Source: a virus
Taxonomy: Duplodnaviria > Heunggongvirae > Uroviricota > Caudoviricetes
Length of the DNA: 64,000 bases
Strand: one strand, 5' to 3'
Virus record (IMG/VR): IMGVR_UViG_3300040801_001810
Location: 1-64,000 of that record
The notes below the pieces were generated by a model. That model saw nothing but the letters and a program-made list of their open reading frames with translations, made no database searches and had not been told where the DNA came from. The translations under genes were made by a program, and so were the position numbers. Below, one piece after another: positions 16,903-28,035 of the stretch (position 1 is its first letter; the number at the start of each line of letters is the position of its first letter).

Positions 16903-17319
16903 ATGATTGAAGTACACATTAGAGATAAAAATAAGTTAATTGGAATGATTTATCCTGGAAAAACTTTTTTAAGAGGAAGAACAGGACATAGTGCATTCTT
17001 TTATAATCCAATTGAATATCTACAGGCTGCGCTTGGCTTATGTATTGGAGGAAAGATAGTAGACTACTGTAGATTCAATGACTTAGACCCCAAGATATTC
17101 CAGAGTATAATAGTTAATACTAAAGATGACGTTCATACTATTACTATTCAACACCCAGAATCTCTAGAAGAAGAACATTTTGATAGACTTAAAAGGGAGT
17201 TAGTTAATTGTACTATAGCGAAACAATTAACTACTCCAATAGAAATAGCATGGACTCTTAATGATATTCCATTAGAAGAACTTATTAAAGAAGAAAAAGG
17301 TGGATGTTGTGGCTCTTAA
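16903..17319 (+). CDS. OsmC/Ohr-like protein
   Basis: NPIEYLQAALGLCIG and second Cys NCTIAKQL. Confidence 0.65.
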   Translation: MIEVHIRDKNKLIGMIYPGKTFLRGRTGHSAFFYNPIEYLQAALGLCIGGKIVDYCRFNDLDPKIFQSIIVNTKDDVHTITIQHPESLEEEHFDRLKRELVNCTIAKQLTTPIEIAWTLNDIPLEELIKEEKGGCCGS

Positions 17320-17623
17320 TTTAAGACGAGGCGTTATTCAAGAACGCATAAAAGAACATAAGTTAGAAGTTGCTGCTAAAGTTGAGGACTTAACTGATTT
17401 TAATAATCTTAAAGTATGTATTACAGGAACAATTCCTGGTCGTACTAGAACTCAAGCCCAGAATCAATTAAAGAAACAATATCCATTTGTTACTTTTTCT
17501 AATTCAATTACTAAATCAGTTAATATTTTAGTTACAGGGTTTGGTACAGGTCAAACAAAATTTACTATGGCTAATAGATATGGTATTAAAATCGTTGACT
17601 GGAGTAAGGTATGGACAAAGTAA
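17300..17623 (+). CDS. BRCT-domain protein
   Basis: VCITGT...R..A....SITKSVNILVTG..GQTK...A...GIKIV. Confidence 0.8.
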   Translation: MDVVALNLRRGVIQERIKEHKLEVAAKVEDLTDFNNLKVCITGTIPGRTRTQAQNQLKKQYPFVTFSNSITKSVNILVTGFGTGQTKFTMANRYGIKIVDWSKVWTK

Positions 17624-17839
17624 TTAAGGGACCTTGGCCTGAAGAAAATCATTTACAACAACATCAAAAAATGTTTGACAACCTAGTTACTTTATTATCA
17701 GACTGTGAAGATGTGGTTAAAGATAATCTTCCTAAAGATCCAAATAATAATACTGATTGGTCTGGCATATCAGTAGCATATATTTTACAATATGCTATGA
17801 TTAATACTCAGAAACTTACTCATACACACGAGGTACAAG

Positions 17840-18481
17840 ATGTCACAAGTATGGACACCAAAGAAGTTCCTATTTGACTTAGACGAAACACTATATGTTG
17901 GCGATTTAATATTTATTGCATCCTGTATGTTGACGAGAGAAAAATTAATTGATAGAATATATACAGGAAAAGATGTTACAAAATTTCCTGACATGGATGG
18001 TGTTCCTGATATAGTTAGAGAAAAAACTATTGAATTATTTTCTGATCCAATATACGGAGCAGTAGAAAAGACACCAATAGCTGGTGCGTTTAATATGCTT
18101 GAAGTATTATCTATGCGTAATAATCACATAGGTGTATTAACTGCTCGCCCACAATGTATTAGAAAAGCTACTGAGTTTGCATTATGGAGAGATTTTCCTC
18201 ATATTAATATAGAAATCTTGTTTGCAAATACAAGTAATACAGGATGCAAAAGTGTATCTAAAACAAAATTGCTTAAACAATTTAATCCTGATTATTATTT
18301 TGATGATCACTTTGAATATTGTAAAGAGGCAAAGAAGACATGTCCTAATTGTAATGTATTTATGATTTCAAATTCACATACAAGATGGAACCAGGAGATT
18401 TCTTCACTTTCATTAGATACTATTAAAAAAATAAAAAGTATAAATGACTTTGATATGAGAGGGTTTTTATATGGGGTATAA
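17840..18481 (+). CDS. HAD-family phosphatase / nucleotidase
   Basis: FDLDETL, LTAR, K, YFDDH. Confidence 0.8.
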   Translation: MSQVWTPKKFLFDLDETLYVGDLIFIASCMLTREKLIDRIYTGKDVTKFPDMDGVPDIVREKTIELFSDPIYGAVEKTPIAGAFNMLEVLSMRNNHIGVLTARPQCIRKATEFALWRDFPHINIEILFANTSNTGCKSVSKTKLLKQFNPDYYFDDHFEYCKEAKKTCPNCNVFMISNSHTRWNQEISSLSLDTIKKIKSINDFDMRGFLYGV

Positions 18482-19019
18482 AAGTAGAAATCATTATGCT
18501 CAAGGCGAGAGCGTAACACAGGAACAATGGGATAGTATCTTTAAAAAGGAGCCTGACGGTGGGAGTTCAGTTAAGACAAGAGACAGCATCGAAGGAATTA
18601 GTAATAGTAAAACAAATGACGGAGAGAATAAAGAGAGTCAATCAGAGGAAGAATCTGGAAGCAGAAATAACACACGATAATACTATAATGTGTGAAGCAT
18701 TGTCCGAATCATTACAACAAATAGCTACTAAACTAAATACCGAATTGTGTTGTATAGTATCAGATGGAAGCGTTAAGATTCAGACCAGATATTCAATTAA
18801 AGATAAACGCTCCAAAGTATTAACACATATATGTCAGGAAACATCTTATCCATATATTCATAAATGGTTTAGTACAGAAGATACGTACAAACAAAAGATA
18901 AGAGAAGTAGAAAAGGATATAAGAAGATTAAATTTAGTACTCAACAACTCTCATGTAAATTTAATATCTTCTTCAGGAAAAGTACAAGTCAAAATTGAAA
19001 CAAGGAATAGGTATTTCTA

Positions 19020-19400
19020 ATGGTAGACAATCCAAGAGCACATACAGATAAAGATAATCAAACACAAGGCGCACCATATAAACCAAGTGATCAACATATT
19101 AGAGCAAATTTTGGTACAGTTAAAGATGAAAAACAAACAGCACTTGATGTTCAAATTGGCGGAGGACATTATAAAGACTTTGCAATACAGCCTATTGAAT
19201 TTACTATGAAGAACAGTCTTAATTTCTGTCAAGGAAATATAATTAAGTATGTGTGTAGATATAATCATAAGAATGGTATTGAGGATTTGAAAAAAGCTAA
19301 ACATTATATAGACCTTCTAATTCAATTGGAGTACCAAGATGAGAATAAAAGGGAGAGTTCCGTCCAAGAAAACAGCCACTTATATCAAAAGGATGATTAG
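19020..19400 (+). CDS. DUF3310 (T7 gp1.7-like nucleotide kinase) protein
   Basis: QIGGGHYK..IQPIEF..FCQGNIIKYVCRY..KNGIEDLKKA. Confidence 0.85.
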   Translation: MVDNPRAHTDKDNQTQGAPYKPSDQHIRANFGTVKDEKQTALDVQIGGGHYKDFAIQPIEFTMKNSLNFCQGNIIKYVCRYNHKNGIEDLKKAKHYIDLLIQLEYQDENKRESSVQENSHLYQKDD

Positions 19401-19920
19401 TAGCGGAAAGTGGAACTGTAATAGTAAACTGCCTTCAATACTAAGCATAGCAGAAACATTAGGTGTGTCATACCAAACAGTAAGAAATGTAGTTAGAGTA
19501 TTTGAAAAAGAAGGAATGATTGAGAACTTTGGATCAATTGGATTCTTTGTAACACCAAAAGAAGTATTAGAAATAAAAGCAGTTAGTAAGAATAGATATT
19601 ACTCGCAGTTATTGAAAGCAAATTTGAATGCATATGATATGATAGTTGGAGAAGCAAAACAAATAAGAAATTGGATTATTAGCTATGATAAACATAGCGA
19701 AAGTATTAACTGTTTAAATATCGTATCAAATTCTGCAATACAGTGTACTATGAATGAACTAAATTCTATTCGAACAGATCTAATTAGATTAGAAAATATC
19801 ATTGGAACAAAGGGAGCAGAGTTTGCTTCTTTAAATAAAAGATATAAAAGACAACAAGAACTAATACCCATAGCTAAGATAGTCTTTAACTTTGAAAGGG
19901 AACTAGGAATAAATGTCTGA
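19339..19920 (+). CDS. GntR-type winged-HTH protein
   Basis: KLPS...IAETLGVSYQTVR......EKEGMI...G.G.FV. Confidence 0.8.
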   Translation: MRIKGRVPSKKTATYIKRMISSGKWNCNSKLPSILSIAETLGVSYQTVRNVVRVFEKEGMIENFGSIGFFVTPKEVLEIKAVSKNRYYSQLLKANLNAYDMIVGEAKQIRNWIISYDKHSESINCLNIVSNSAIQCTMNELNSIRTDLIRLENIIGTKGAEFASLNKRYKRQQELIPIAKIVFNFERELGINV

Positions 19921-20279
19921 CAATCTAATTTACTCTGATGTGCGCTGTGAAAAATCTATACTTAGAATTAAAGAAGAACTTGGTATGGATATTCTACCGA
20001 GAATATCAAAAGAATCATGGACAGTAAATGATGCAATGAGTGTAATAACTATTCCTAATTTGAAATTAGCAGTAATTAATACCATTGATGAAATATCTGT
20101 CATGGAAATGGCTCTACTTCATTTCATGTGTAAACCTATTTTAGTAACAGCCAAGTCTATAGTTAACTATCCTGTGCTTGAGAAGAAGGTAGTAGACTTT
20201 GTTGATGTTAATTGTAATTTAAATGATGTTGATAATAATTTTGTTTCGTGGTATAAAAAAAGATATTTGGAGGCAATTA

Positions 20280-22310
20280 ATGGATAGTAAATTTTCACCA
20301 TCTGTAAGCGATGCTTTACTCCATGCTGCAAATAATGGACTAGAGAATCTCTATACAGAAGATTCGTTAAAAATTCTATCTGATATAATTGATACCAAGA
20401 AAAAGATATCAGTACCAAAACGAATTAAAAAAGAAGTACAACTTAGATATGATGATCTTAAGCATCAGCTGCCTAATGGGCACATTTATACTAATGTACA
20501 AGAAATATTAAAGCACATCAGAGCAACCATTAAGGTTATTAATACTGACTCAGTAACATACTCTCCTCTATTATTTGCCTTCAAAGAATTTGATGCATGT
20601 AAACCAATGAAGTTTCGAAACGGGAACATCATTACTGGTAGAGAACAAGAAGTAGATACTACAATGCTAACGCTTTGTAAGAAAAATAAAAGAGGAGTTA
20701 TTCTTGTTGGTGAGCCAGGTGTAGGTAAGACAGCTATCGTACAAGCAATTAACTCTCGACTAATAGAGCGAACAGTACCGAGACAATTGATAGGTGCAGA
20801 AATATTAAATGTTGATCTACCATACATTTTCTCTAAGTATAAAGATGATCCCCTAGGAGTTATCATTGGAATTCTTGAACGAGCTAGTATATATGATAAG
20901 GCAATACTTTTTATTGATGAGGTACATCAGCTATTAGGTCAACGTATGAATGATGTAATGAAACCTTATCTAACAGAGAAAATTAGATTCATTGGTAGTA
21001 CTACACTTAATGAGTATCATACAATCATTACTGATGATACTGCGCTTGAGAGAAGATTTACTTTAGTTAATGTTGATGAGCCTAACATAACTAAGACAAC
21101 AAATATGATTCTAGGAACTAAAAGTGTCTTTGAAGAACATCATAAGTGTGTTGTTCCAGTTGATGTATGTAAATACTTAGTTGAAACTGGAAGTAGATTT
21201 CGTGGGAACAGAAAGAATCCTGATAAATCATTAGACTTATTAGACATTGCTTGCTCTATAATGTACGAGAATGAAATCGTTTCTGTTCACAATACTCCAG
21301 AGAAAAAAGAAGACTTCCTATTAAATATTGATTCAGAAAGACAAAAGATTGAATCACTAAAGACTGTAACAAATGATAGAGTTCTTACAAAGGACTACAT
21401 TGATATGGCTATCTCTAATGTAACTGGTATTAGCTACGGAGAAATAACTAATAGTCTTGAGTATAATGAAGTTAAGAAGGCTATGAATGATGAAGTATTT
21501 AATCAAGAGAAAGCTGTCTCTTCGCTTGCAAATGTTATTAATATATTTAAACACATTAAGAGCGACAGAGAACACCCAGTATCAATTCTTTTGTTAGTTG
21601 GACCAGCAGGAGTAGGAAAGAAAACTGCTTCTCAGTTGCTAGCTAAGAATTTATTTGGAAAGAAAGATTACTTTATAGACTTCGATATGAGTTCGTATAA
21701 AGAAAGCTTTACACTAAGTGAGTTGAAAGGTTCGCCCCCAGGCTATGTGGGTTACGGTAAGTCTGGTGTGCTAATTAAATCTATAAGGAATAATCCACAA
21801 TCAGTAGTTTATTTTAGAGGAATAGATAAAGCACACGAATCAATTAAACAATATCTAATAGATGGCTGTAGAAGTGGAAAGCTTACAGACACAGCAGAAA
21901 GGACAGCTAAACTTAATAACTCAATTATAATATTCTCAGTTACTTTATCAGATAAAGACTACGAAGAATTTTTGAGTGGAAAAGCAAATAGAACTATGGG
22001 TTTTTCTAAGCAAGGAACAGAAGATAGTACAAGTGTTCTTCAGAAAAATTCATTAGAAGAATTACTAGGCAAAGATCTAGTAAACTCATGTGATGAGATT
22101 ATAATTTTTGATAGCTTATCACAAGATACTCTAAAGAAAATATATGATTTAAGAGTAGAAGAATTTATTAACATGTATAGTAATGTGGATATTGATCGAA
22201 AGAAGCTGAAGAAAACCATCTTAGATGATTCTAAGAATGGTCATGATGTTATATCAAAAATAACATCAGAAGTTCCTAAACAAGTATTTAAACAACTTTC
22301 AAAGAAATGA
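20280..22310 (+). CDS. ClpA/ClpB-like AAA+ ATPase
   Basis: GRE, GEPGVGKT, LFIDEVH, GSTT..EY, DTALERRF, PDKSLDLLD, GSPPGYVGY; second NBD degenerate. Confidence 0.9.
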   Translation: MDSKFSPSVSDALLHAANNGLENLYTEDSLKILSDIIDTKKKISVPKRIKKEVQLRYDDLKHQLPNGHIYTNVQEILKHIRATIKVINTDSVTYSPLLFAFKEFDACKPMKFRNGNIITGREQEVDTTMLTLCKKNKRGVILVGEPGVGKTAIVQAINSRLIERTVPRQLIGAEILNVDLPYIFSKYKDDPLGVIIGILERASIYDKAILFIDEVHQLLGQRMNDVMKPYLTEKIRFIGSTTLNEYHTIITDDTALERRFTLVNVDEPNITKTTNMILGTKSVFEEHHKCVVPVDVCKYLVETGSRFRGNRKNPDKSLDLLDIACSIMYENEIVSVHNTPEKKEDFLLNIDSERQKIESLKTVTNDRVLTKDYIDMAISNVTGISYGEITNSLEYNEVKKAMNDEVFNQEKAVSSLANVINIFKHIKSDREHPVSILLLVGPAGVGKKTASQLLAKNLFGKKDYFIDFDMSSYKESFTLSELKGSPPGYVGYGKSGVLIKSIRNNPQSVVYFRGIDKAHESIKQYLIDGCRSGKLTDTAERTAKLNNSIIIFSVTLSDKDYEEFLSGKANRTMGFSKQGTEDSTSVLQKNSLEELLGKDLVNSCDEIIIFDSLSQDTLKKIYDLRVEEFINMYSNVDIDRKKLKKTILDDSKNGHDVISKITSEVPKQVFKQLSKK

Positions 22311-22550
22311 GATTAACTATGAGAACAACTTCAATTTTCCCAAATAGAATTGCTTCTATGATCAAGTCAGGATACAATCGTGGATGGAATTCAGAAATGA
22401 TTGCAGACCATATTAATAGTAGTAGAACAGCAAAGAATCTTAAAGTTAAAGTTACTACAAGATCAATTGCTGCAAAGATTGCTAATTACTCTAGAGATAG
22501 AGGTTAATTAGCTTAATCGATATCCACAACTATATTTAAAGGAGATACAA

Positions 22551-22949
22551 ATGAAATTGATTGAACTGCTACACGCAGAGGTAACAACTTTTTATGGTAC
22601 TAATGATGTACTTAAGGAGTTTGAGACAGAAAAAGGAACAGTAATGACATTTACTGTTAAGACAAAGGTTAATGATAGAACAGAAAAAAGTCCGCTAGTA
22701 TGGGATACTTGTAAGTACTTTGCTGATAGCTCAGAAAAAGTAGATCAAATTAGGGGAGCTATTAAGCTTGGTAACATTCTCGACATCAAGGGTAATCATG
22801 ATGTGAGAAGTTATGAAGATAAAGAGGGTAATAAAAAGTACAGTAACTCAGTTAATGTGAAATATATTAACCCAATTACCGATAACGATCAGCAACCAAG
22901 TCAGCCAGAAGCAACCCCAGCAGTAGCGGATGATGACCTTCCCTTCTAA
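22551..22949 (+). CDS. ssb: single-stranded DNA-binding protein
   Basis: OB-fold pattern (RSYEDKEG..KY), acidic tail DDDLPF. Confidence 0.85.
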   Translation: MKLIELLHAEVTTFYGTNDVLKEFETEKGTVMTFTVKTKVNDRTEKSPLVWDTCKYFADSSEKVDQIRGAIKLGNILDIKGNHDVRSYEDKEGNKKYSNSVNVKYINPITDNDQQPSQPEATPAVADDDLPF

Positions 22950-23364
22950 GGAGTAATAATGTTTGTAACGGATGATGATAAAAAAATAAAATGGTATTGG
23001 CTTGACAGAAAAATGCATGAAGTAGCAGTTAACTTTGAAGGCGAAGATTTAGACCTTAGAGGAATACATGAGTCATGCATTAAGTTAGTTCAAGACAAAT
23101 CAGAATTATGTAAAAAGATATATTATCTAGGCATAAGTCTTTCTGGTACTGATGAAGGTGGGTGGGGATTCCTACTTGGCTGGTTAATGAGAAGCATTAA
23201 AAAAGATCAGAACTGGGAAATTCAACATGATGAGATAGCTGTATCCGAAGATGAAGTTACAGAACACCTAGCCGATATCATGGAGAAGACTGCTAAAATG
23301 CTAAGAGAAAAAACAGGAGACAATAGATCGCTTGGTGGCGTAACTCCTACGATGGGTGGGCACA

Positions 23365-24189
23365 ATGGTACAGACCTGTTCAAATAAAGTCATCTCGTTA
23401 CATTTACAGAGGTGTGATGGGGATTGCCCTCATGCCTCTGTTTGTTATCTAATGAATAGAGAAATAGCTACTGATGATGACTTAAGTGATTGGGCAATGG
23501 TATGGCAAAGCATCGTTGGTTCAGGACATACTGTTCATGAATCTATTTGTTCAGCTGGAGTTCATACATATCATTTGTTTGAATTAGTAAAGAACAAAAA
23601 TTATAATATCACTTTATCTGGGAATTATATAACTGATGATTGGTTATTTAATGAACTAAAAAAAGTAAAAGATCAAGTACAGATTAGTATATATAGTTCA
23701 CCACAGATGCTTAGATTTAAAGAATGGCAAAAACTATTTTTAATTAAAGATGAACATACATACAATTGGTTTAAAGGTTGGTTAGGTGAAGATACAGGAC
23801 AACTTCACTTTCTATTAGATCAAAACTGGTTAACTACAGATACATTAAAAGAAATCATCCCGCTTTTTAACTCTAAAGCAAGCGTCGGACAGTCCATTGA
23901 TAGTTGTCTAACAAGTTGGTTAGTCAATGGTAGATGTCCATATTCGGATGGAAAATATATTGACATTAACTTTGACGGTACCGTTAGAACGTGTCCTTAT
24001 GCAGATAAAGGGGTCTTACCAAAGAGAGGTGGGAGTTTGAATACTCTGTTTGGCTTAAAGATGTTACCAAGGACTTGTATTTACACGGAACTATTTGGAG
24101 AAACAAACAATGGAAGAATTAACAATACCTGTTTACAAAATTACATTACCAATAACAGGAGCCGAAGCAGTTGTGAATGTTTCGGGTGA
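23365..24189 (+). CDS. divergent radical-SAM/SPASM-like protein
   Basis: N-terminal CDGDCPHASVCY; C-terminal CPY..INFDGTVRTCPY. Confidence 0.4.
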   Translation: MVQTCSNKVISLHLQRCDGDCPHASVCYLMNREIATDDDLSDWAMVWQSIVGSGHTVHESICSAGVHTYHLFELVKNKNYNITLSGNYITDDWLFNELKKVKDQVQISIYSSPQMLRFKEWQKLFLIKDEHTYNWFKGWLGEDTGQLHFLLDQNWLTTDTLKEIIPLFNSKASVGQSIDSCLTSWLVNGRCPYSDGKYIDINFDGTVRTCPYADKGVLPKRGGSLNTLFGLKMLPRTCIYTELFGETNNGRINNTCLQNYITNNRSRSSCECFG

Positions 24190-24955
24190 TTGGCATTATG
24201 GAGCACGAGGAGTTAGTAAAGAAAAGATTATTTCTGCTCTTAATGGTGTAGCTACTACACATAAAGGAAATGTATTTAGAATACTAACAGGGGATTTGAC
24301 AGAAAATGCACTACAATCATCAGTAGGACATAACTATGACATAGCAATACCAGATCCATGTGATCAAAAAAAAGATGTCATGGATATATTAGAGCAAACT
24401 AATAAAGTATTGTATGGTGAATCAGTTTGGAATAAATTAAAGTTATCTAAGAAAGTAATAAATTCTAGATGTATTGCTGTTGAAGGTAACCATGAGATGA
24501 GAACAAGAAAGTTAACGGGACAATGGCTAGGTGAAGAGATGTGCAAGCCAGGAAAAGTTAACTGGATAGGACTAAGTGGACTTATTCATCTTACAATAGT
24601 TAATAAGAGACTTAAAATGAGTAAGACCTATAAGTTATTTGTATCACATAGACCAAGTAAAACAAATGCTACTTCATTAGAATCTATATCAAGAGCATTT
24701 AAAACTAAACAAAGTTCATTACCTGGTGTAGATGCATTAATATTTGGTCATTTTCATAAGAGATTTATCTCAGCTAATGGATACTTTGATACGACAGAAA
24801 ATAGATTTAAGAAGGTACTATATATAATTAACCCATCCCCTCTTGCAGGAATGGAATATGCAGAAGAGGCAGGATATCCTCCTCTAGAAGTAGGTTATTC
24901 AGTTAACATCTATTTACCATTAGATAAAAATCAACAACCATATGGAATAGTTTAG
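24110..24955 (+). CDS. calcineurin-like metallophosphoesterase
   Basis: GDWHYG, GDLTEN, GNHE, GHFH. Confidence 0.85.
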   Translation: MEELTIPVYKITLPITGAEAVVNVSGDWHYGARGVSKEKIISALNGVATTHKGNVFRILTGDLTENALQSSVGHNYDIAIPDPCDQKKDVMDILEQTNKVLYGESVWNKLKLSKKVINSRCIAVEGNHEMRTRKLTGQWLGEEMCKPGKVNWIGLSGLIHLTIVNKRLKMSKTYKLFVSHRPSKTNATSLESISRAFKTKQSSLPGVDALIFGHFHKRFISANGYFDTTENRFKKVLYIINPSPLAGMEYAEEAGYPPLEVGYSVNIYLPLDKNQQPYGIV

Positions 24956-24963
24956 GAGGATGA

Positions 24964-26727
24964 ATGGCTAAGTCATCAGAAAAAGAGTCTACCAATACTA
25001 CAACTTTTAAAGAGTTGTATGATAGAATCGATTGTGATACTGGAATTATCTTTGTTGATACTCCAGAAGAAACAAGATTGATTAGAGAAGTATTCCGTAG
25101 ATACAAAGATGGATCAGTACAATTCTGGTCTATAGGACAAGGGCTACATGAAATTGAAAAAAGAAAAGTAGTAATTGATAGATTCTATCCTTACAAGTTC
25201 CAAAGCGATAAGGCCAGAACTGGTAAGTCTGGAAACATGGACACAAGACATACACCAATCAATCTGTTCTCAGTTATAGAAGAAGATTGTAGATCAAAGA
25301 TTAAACCAAATGAGGATCCAGATAAGAAACACATTTATGTGCTAAGAGATCTAGATAAGTTCTTGAAGGATCCAATGATTATCAGACGATTAAAAGATCT
25401 GATTTATCTTTGTGGTACTACTTGTTCAACTATCATTGTTACTGGTAATGGTATTAATGTACCAGATGATATTGAAAAGGACGCAGTGTTCCTTAAGCTA
25501 AAGTATCCAACAAGACAAGAAGCGCTAGTTATCATTAAAGATCTAAGAGAAAAAATTGAAGAACATAATAAGATTTGTGTTCCAGATAATAAGATAGATG
25601 CTTCCTTTGATGATGATAGTATTGCTGGTGCTTGTATGGGTCTTACCGAGGATCAAATTATTAATGTATTACAGTATACAATGAGTGTTGACAATTGTAT
25701 TGACGTTAATAAGATCATCGATGAAAAGAAAGCTATTATTAACAAGTCAGATATCCTAGAGTACTGGCCCTGTAATGATACACTAGATAGTATTGGTGGA
25801 TTTGGTGCAATTAAGAAATGGTTCGACGTTAAAAAGTCAGTAATCAAGAATCTAGAAAACGCAGAGCATTTCAAAGCTGATCCTCCAAAGGGAATTATGC
25901 TACTAGGTGTACAGGGTAGTGGTAAGACTGCTATTGCTAAAGCATTAGCCCAGTCCTGGGAAGTTGGATTGATTAAGCTTGATATCGGTAAGGTATTTGC
26001 TGGTCTAGTTGGTGAATCAGAAAAAAGAATGAGACAAGCACTAGCTCAAATCGATGCAGCTGGTGGTGTTATTATTATTGATGAGCTAGATAAGGGTCTA
26101 TCAGGAGCAGGAAGCTCAGATAAGACTGATGGTGGTACTACTAACCGTGTTATTGGTACCTTGCTTACATGGCTATCAGAGAAGCACCCTGGTGTATTCC
26201 TTGTAGCTACTGCTAATGATATTACTGCTCTTAGAAGAAATCATCCTGAACTTCTACGTAAGGGAAGATTTGATGAAATTTGGTTCTCAGATGTTCCTAC
26301 TCAAGAAGAACGAGAAGAAATCTTTAAGATTCATCTTAAGAAAAGAGGTAGGAATCCTGACAGAATTGATTGTAAGAAACTAGCAGAGTATAAATATAAT
26401 GATAGTGGTACTGAGTATGATATTACTGGTGCTGAAATCGAGTGTTCAATTAATGATGCCATACAAGAAAAATTCTCTCAAGGCGGAGGAAAGAAACTTG
26501 TTATAGATAGTAAAGATGATATTGTTACACAAGATATCCTTGATCAGCTTAAGGTGACTAAGCCAATCACTAAGATTGCTAAGGAAACTATATCAGCAAT
26601 GAGAAAATGGTCTAATGATAATGCACGTAACGTATCAACTATCTTAGAAGATAATAAGAAAACTAAAGCCACTAAAGGCGGAAGTAAATTAAAAATTAGG
26701 GCTTCAGCAGATGAGGTGACTTTATAA
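24964..26727 (+). CDS. Ycf46/SpoVK-like AAA+ ATPase
   Basis: T.EE.R N-domain, IGGF..IK.W, PKGIMLLGVQGSGKT, GLVGESE, IDELDKG, TAND, PELLRKGRFDEIWF. Confidence 0.9.
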   Translation: MAKSSEKESTNTTTFKELYDRIDCDTGIIFVDTPEETRLIREVFRRYKDGSVQFWSIGQGLHEIEKRKVVIDRFYPYKFQSDKARTGKSGNMDTRHTPINLFSVIEEDCRSKIKPNEDPDKKHIYVLRDLDKFLKDPMIIRRLKDLIYLCGTTCSTIIVTGNGINVPDDIEKDAVFLKLKYPTRQEALVIIKDLREKIEEHNKICVPDNKIDASFDDDSIAGACMGLTEDQIINVLQYTMSVDNCIDVNKIIDEKKAIINKSDILEYWPCNDTLDSIGGFGAIKKWFDVKKSVIKNLENAEHFKADPPKGIMLLGVQGSGKTAIAKALAQSWEVGLIKLDIGKVFAGLVGESEKRMRQALAQIDAAGGVIIIDELDKGLSGAGSSDKTDGGTTNRVIGTLLTWLSEKHPGVFLVATANDITALRRNHPELLRKGRFDEIWFSDVPTQEEREEIFKIHLKKRGRNPDRIDCKKLAEYKYNDSGTEYDITGAEIECSINDAIQEKFSQGGGKKLVIDSKDDIVTQDILDQLKVTKPITKIAKETISAMRKWSNDNARNVSTILEDNKKTKATKGGSKLKIRASADEVTL

Positions 26728-27602
26728 TGATATGTATATACCATAATGATATGGATGGAAAGTGTGCCGCTGCTATAGTGCGGCACGCTAATAAAACTAA
26801 AGATATAACTTTTATTAATACTAATTATAATAGACCTTTTCCTTGGAAAGAAATAGAAGGACAAGATGTAGTTATGGTAGACTTTACTGTACAACCATAT
26901 ACTGATATGATTCTATTAAATACTAAAGCTAAAAGTTTAATTTGGATTGATCATCATAAAACAGCAATCGAAGCAGTTGAAAAACTACCAGTAACAATAG
27001 ATGGTCTTAGAAGAATAAACAATGGTGCTGGTTGTGAACTGACTTGGGAATGGTATTACAAAGATGTAGAACCACCTCTTGCTGTTGAGTACATTGGTGA
27101 TTATGATACATGGAAGTTTGCATTTGGAGATAAAACTAAGAGATTTCAAAGCGGAACATATGTAAGAGATATGGATCCAGATGAAAAAATATGGAATTAT
27201 TTATTAAATGAAGGTAGAAAATGTGATCATGTTATAGATGAGATCATTAAAGACGGCATTACCATTGAAAAATATAATGCAAATACGTGGAAATCTCGAA
27301 TGAAAAATGGTATATTTGAGATAGAATTAGATGGACATATAGGATTAGCTTGTAATTACTGGGGAGCAGGATCTAATTTATTTCAATCAATCGAAAACCT
27401 TTATGATAAGTATGATTTTACTTGTGTATTTAGCTGGAATGGAAAGGTGTGGACTTCTTCCTTATACACAGAAAGAAAAGATATTGATGTATCTAAAATA
27501 GCAACAAAACTTGGTGGAGGTGGTCACGCAGGAGCAGCTGGCTTTGTATGCGAAGTGCTTCCATTTAAAAGGAGAGAAAATGAGTCACAAGACAGAAATT
27601 AA
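26727..27602 (+). CDS. DHH/DHHA1 phosphoesterase
   Basis: YHNDMDG, VDF, IDHHKT, DYDTW, GGGGHAGAAGF. Confidence 0.9.
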   Translation: MICIYHNDMDGKCAAAIVRHANKTKDITFINTNYNRPFPWKEIEGQDVVMVDFTVQPYTDMILLNTKAKSLIWIDHHKTAIEAVEKLPVTIDGLRRINNGAGCELTWEWYYKDVEPPLAVEYIGDYDTWKFAFGDKTKRFQSGTYVRDMDPDEKIWNYLLNEGRKCDHVIDEIIKDGITIEKYNANTWKSRMKNGIFEIELDGHIGLACNYWGAGSNLFQSIENLYDKYDFTCVFSWNGKVWTSSLYTERKDIDVSKIATKLGGGGHAGAAGFVCEVLPFKRRENESQDRN

Positions 27603-28035
27603 AACAGAACTTAACAACAAAAATTATTTATTAAAGGCATTAGATAAGCTTGGATTTACTTATGAGGTAGCTAAGGATAATTCTAAACTTAAAACAAAGA
27701 GCCAGTATGAAGGGGACATTGAAGTAGATATACTAATAACAGGTAATGTTAGTGGAGTTACCTCTAGATATGGTTATGGTAGCGGATATCAATCTGATGT
27801 TGGCTTTGTTCAACAAGAAGATGGCACATTTACAGCAGTAGGGGACTTCTATAACATGGTAGATAAAGATGGGAAACATGTTTCAATGGAAGGACTTAAA
27901 TGTAATGTAACTACTTACTCTAAAGAAGTAGAAGTCAATGAAAGACTTCAAGCATTCATGTTTCAAATGGAAGAAAATACTAGAAAAGAAGACAGTAAAG
28001 AACTATCATTTACAATGCAAAGGTGGGTATCATAA
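27580..28035 (+). CDS. DUF1257 (Ycf35-like) protein, copy 2
   Basis: MSHKTEIKTEL....LLKALDKLGF, DVGF, DGTFTAVGDFY. Confidence 0.8.
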   Translation: MSHKTEIKTELNNKNYLLKALDKLGFTYEVAKDNSKLKTKSQYEGDIEVDILITGNVSGVTSRYGYGSGYQSDVGFVQQEDGTFTAVGDFYNMVDKDGKHVSMEGLKCNVTTYSKEVEVNERLQAFMFQMEENTRKEDSKELSFTMQRWVS

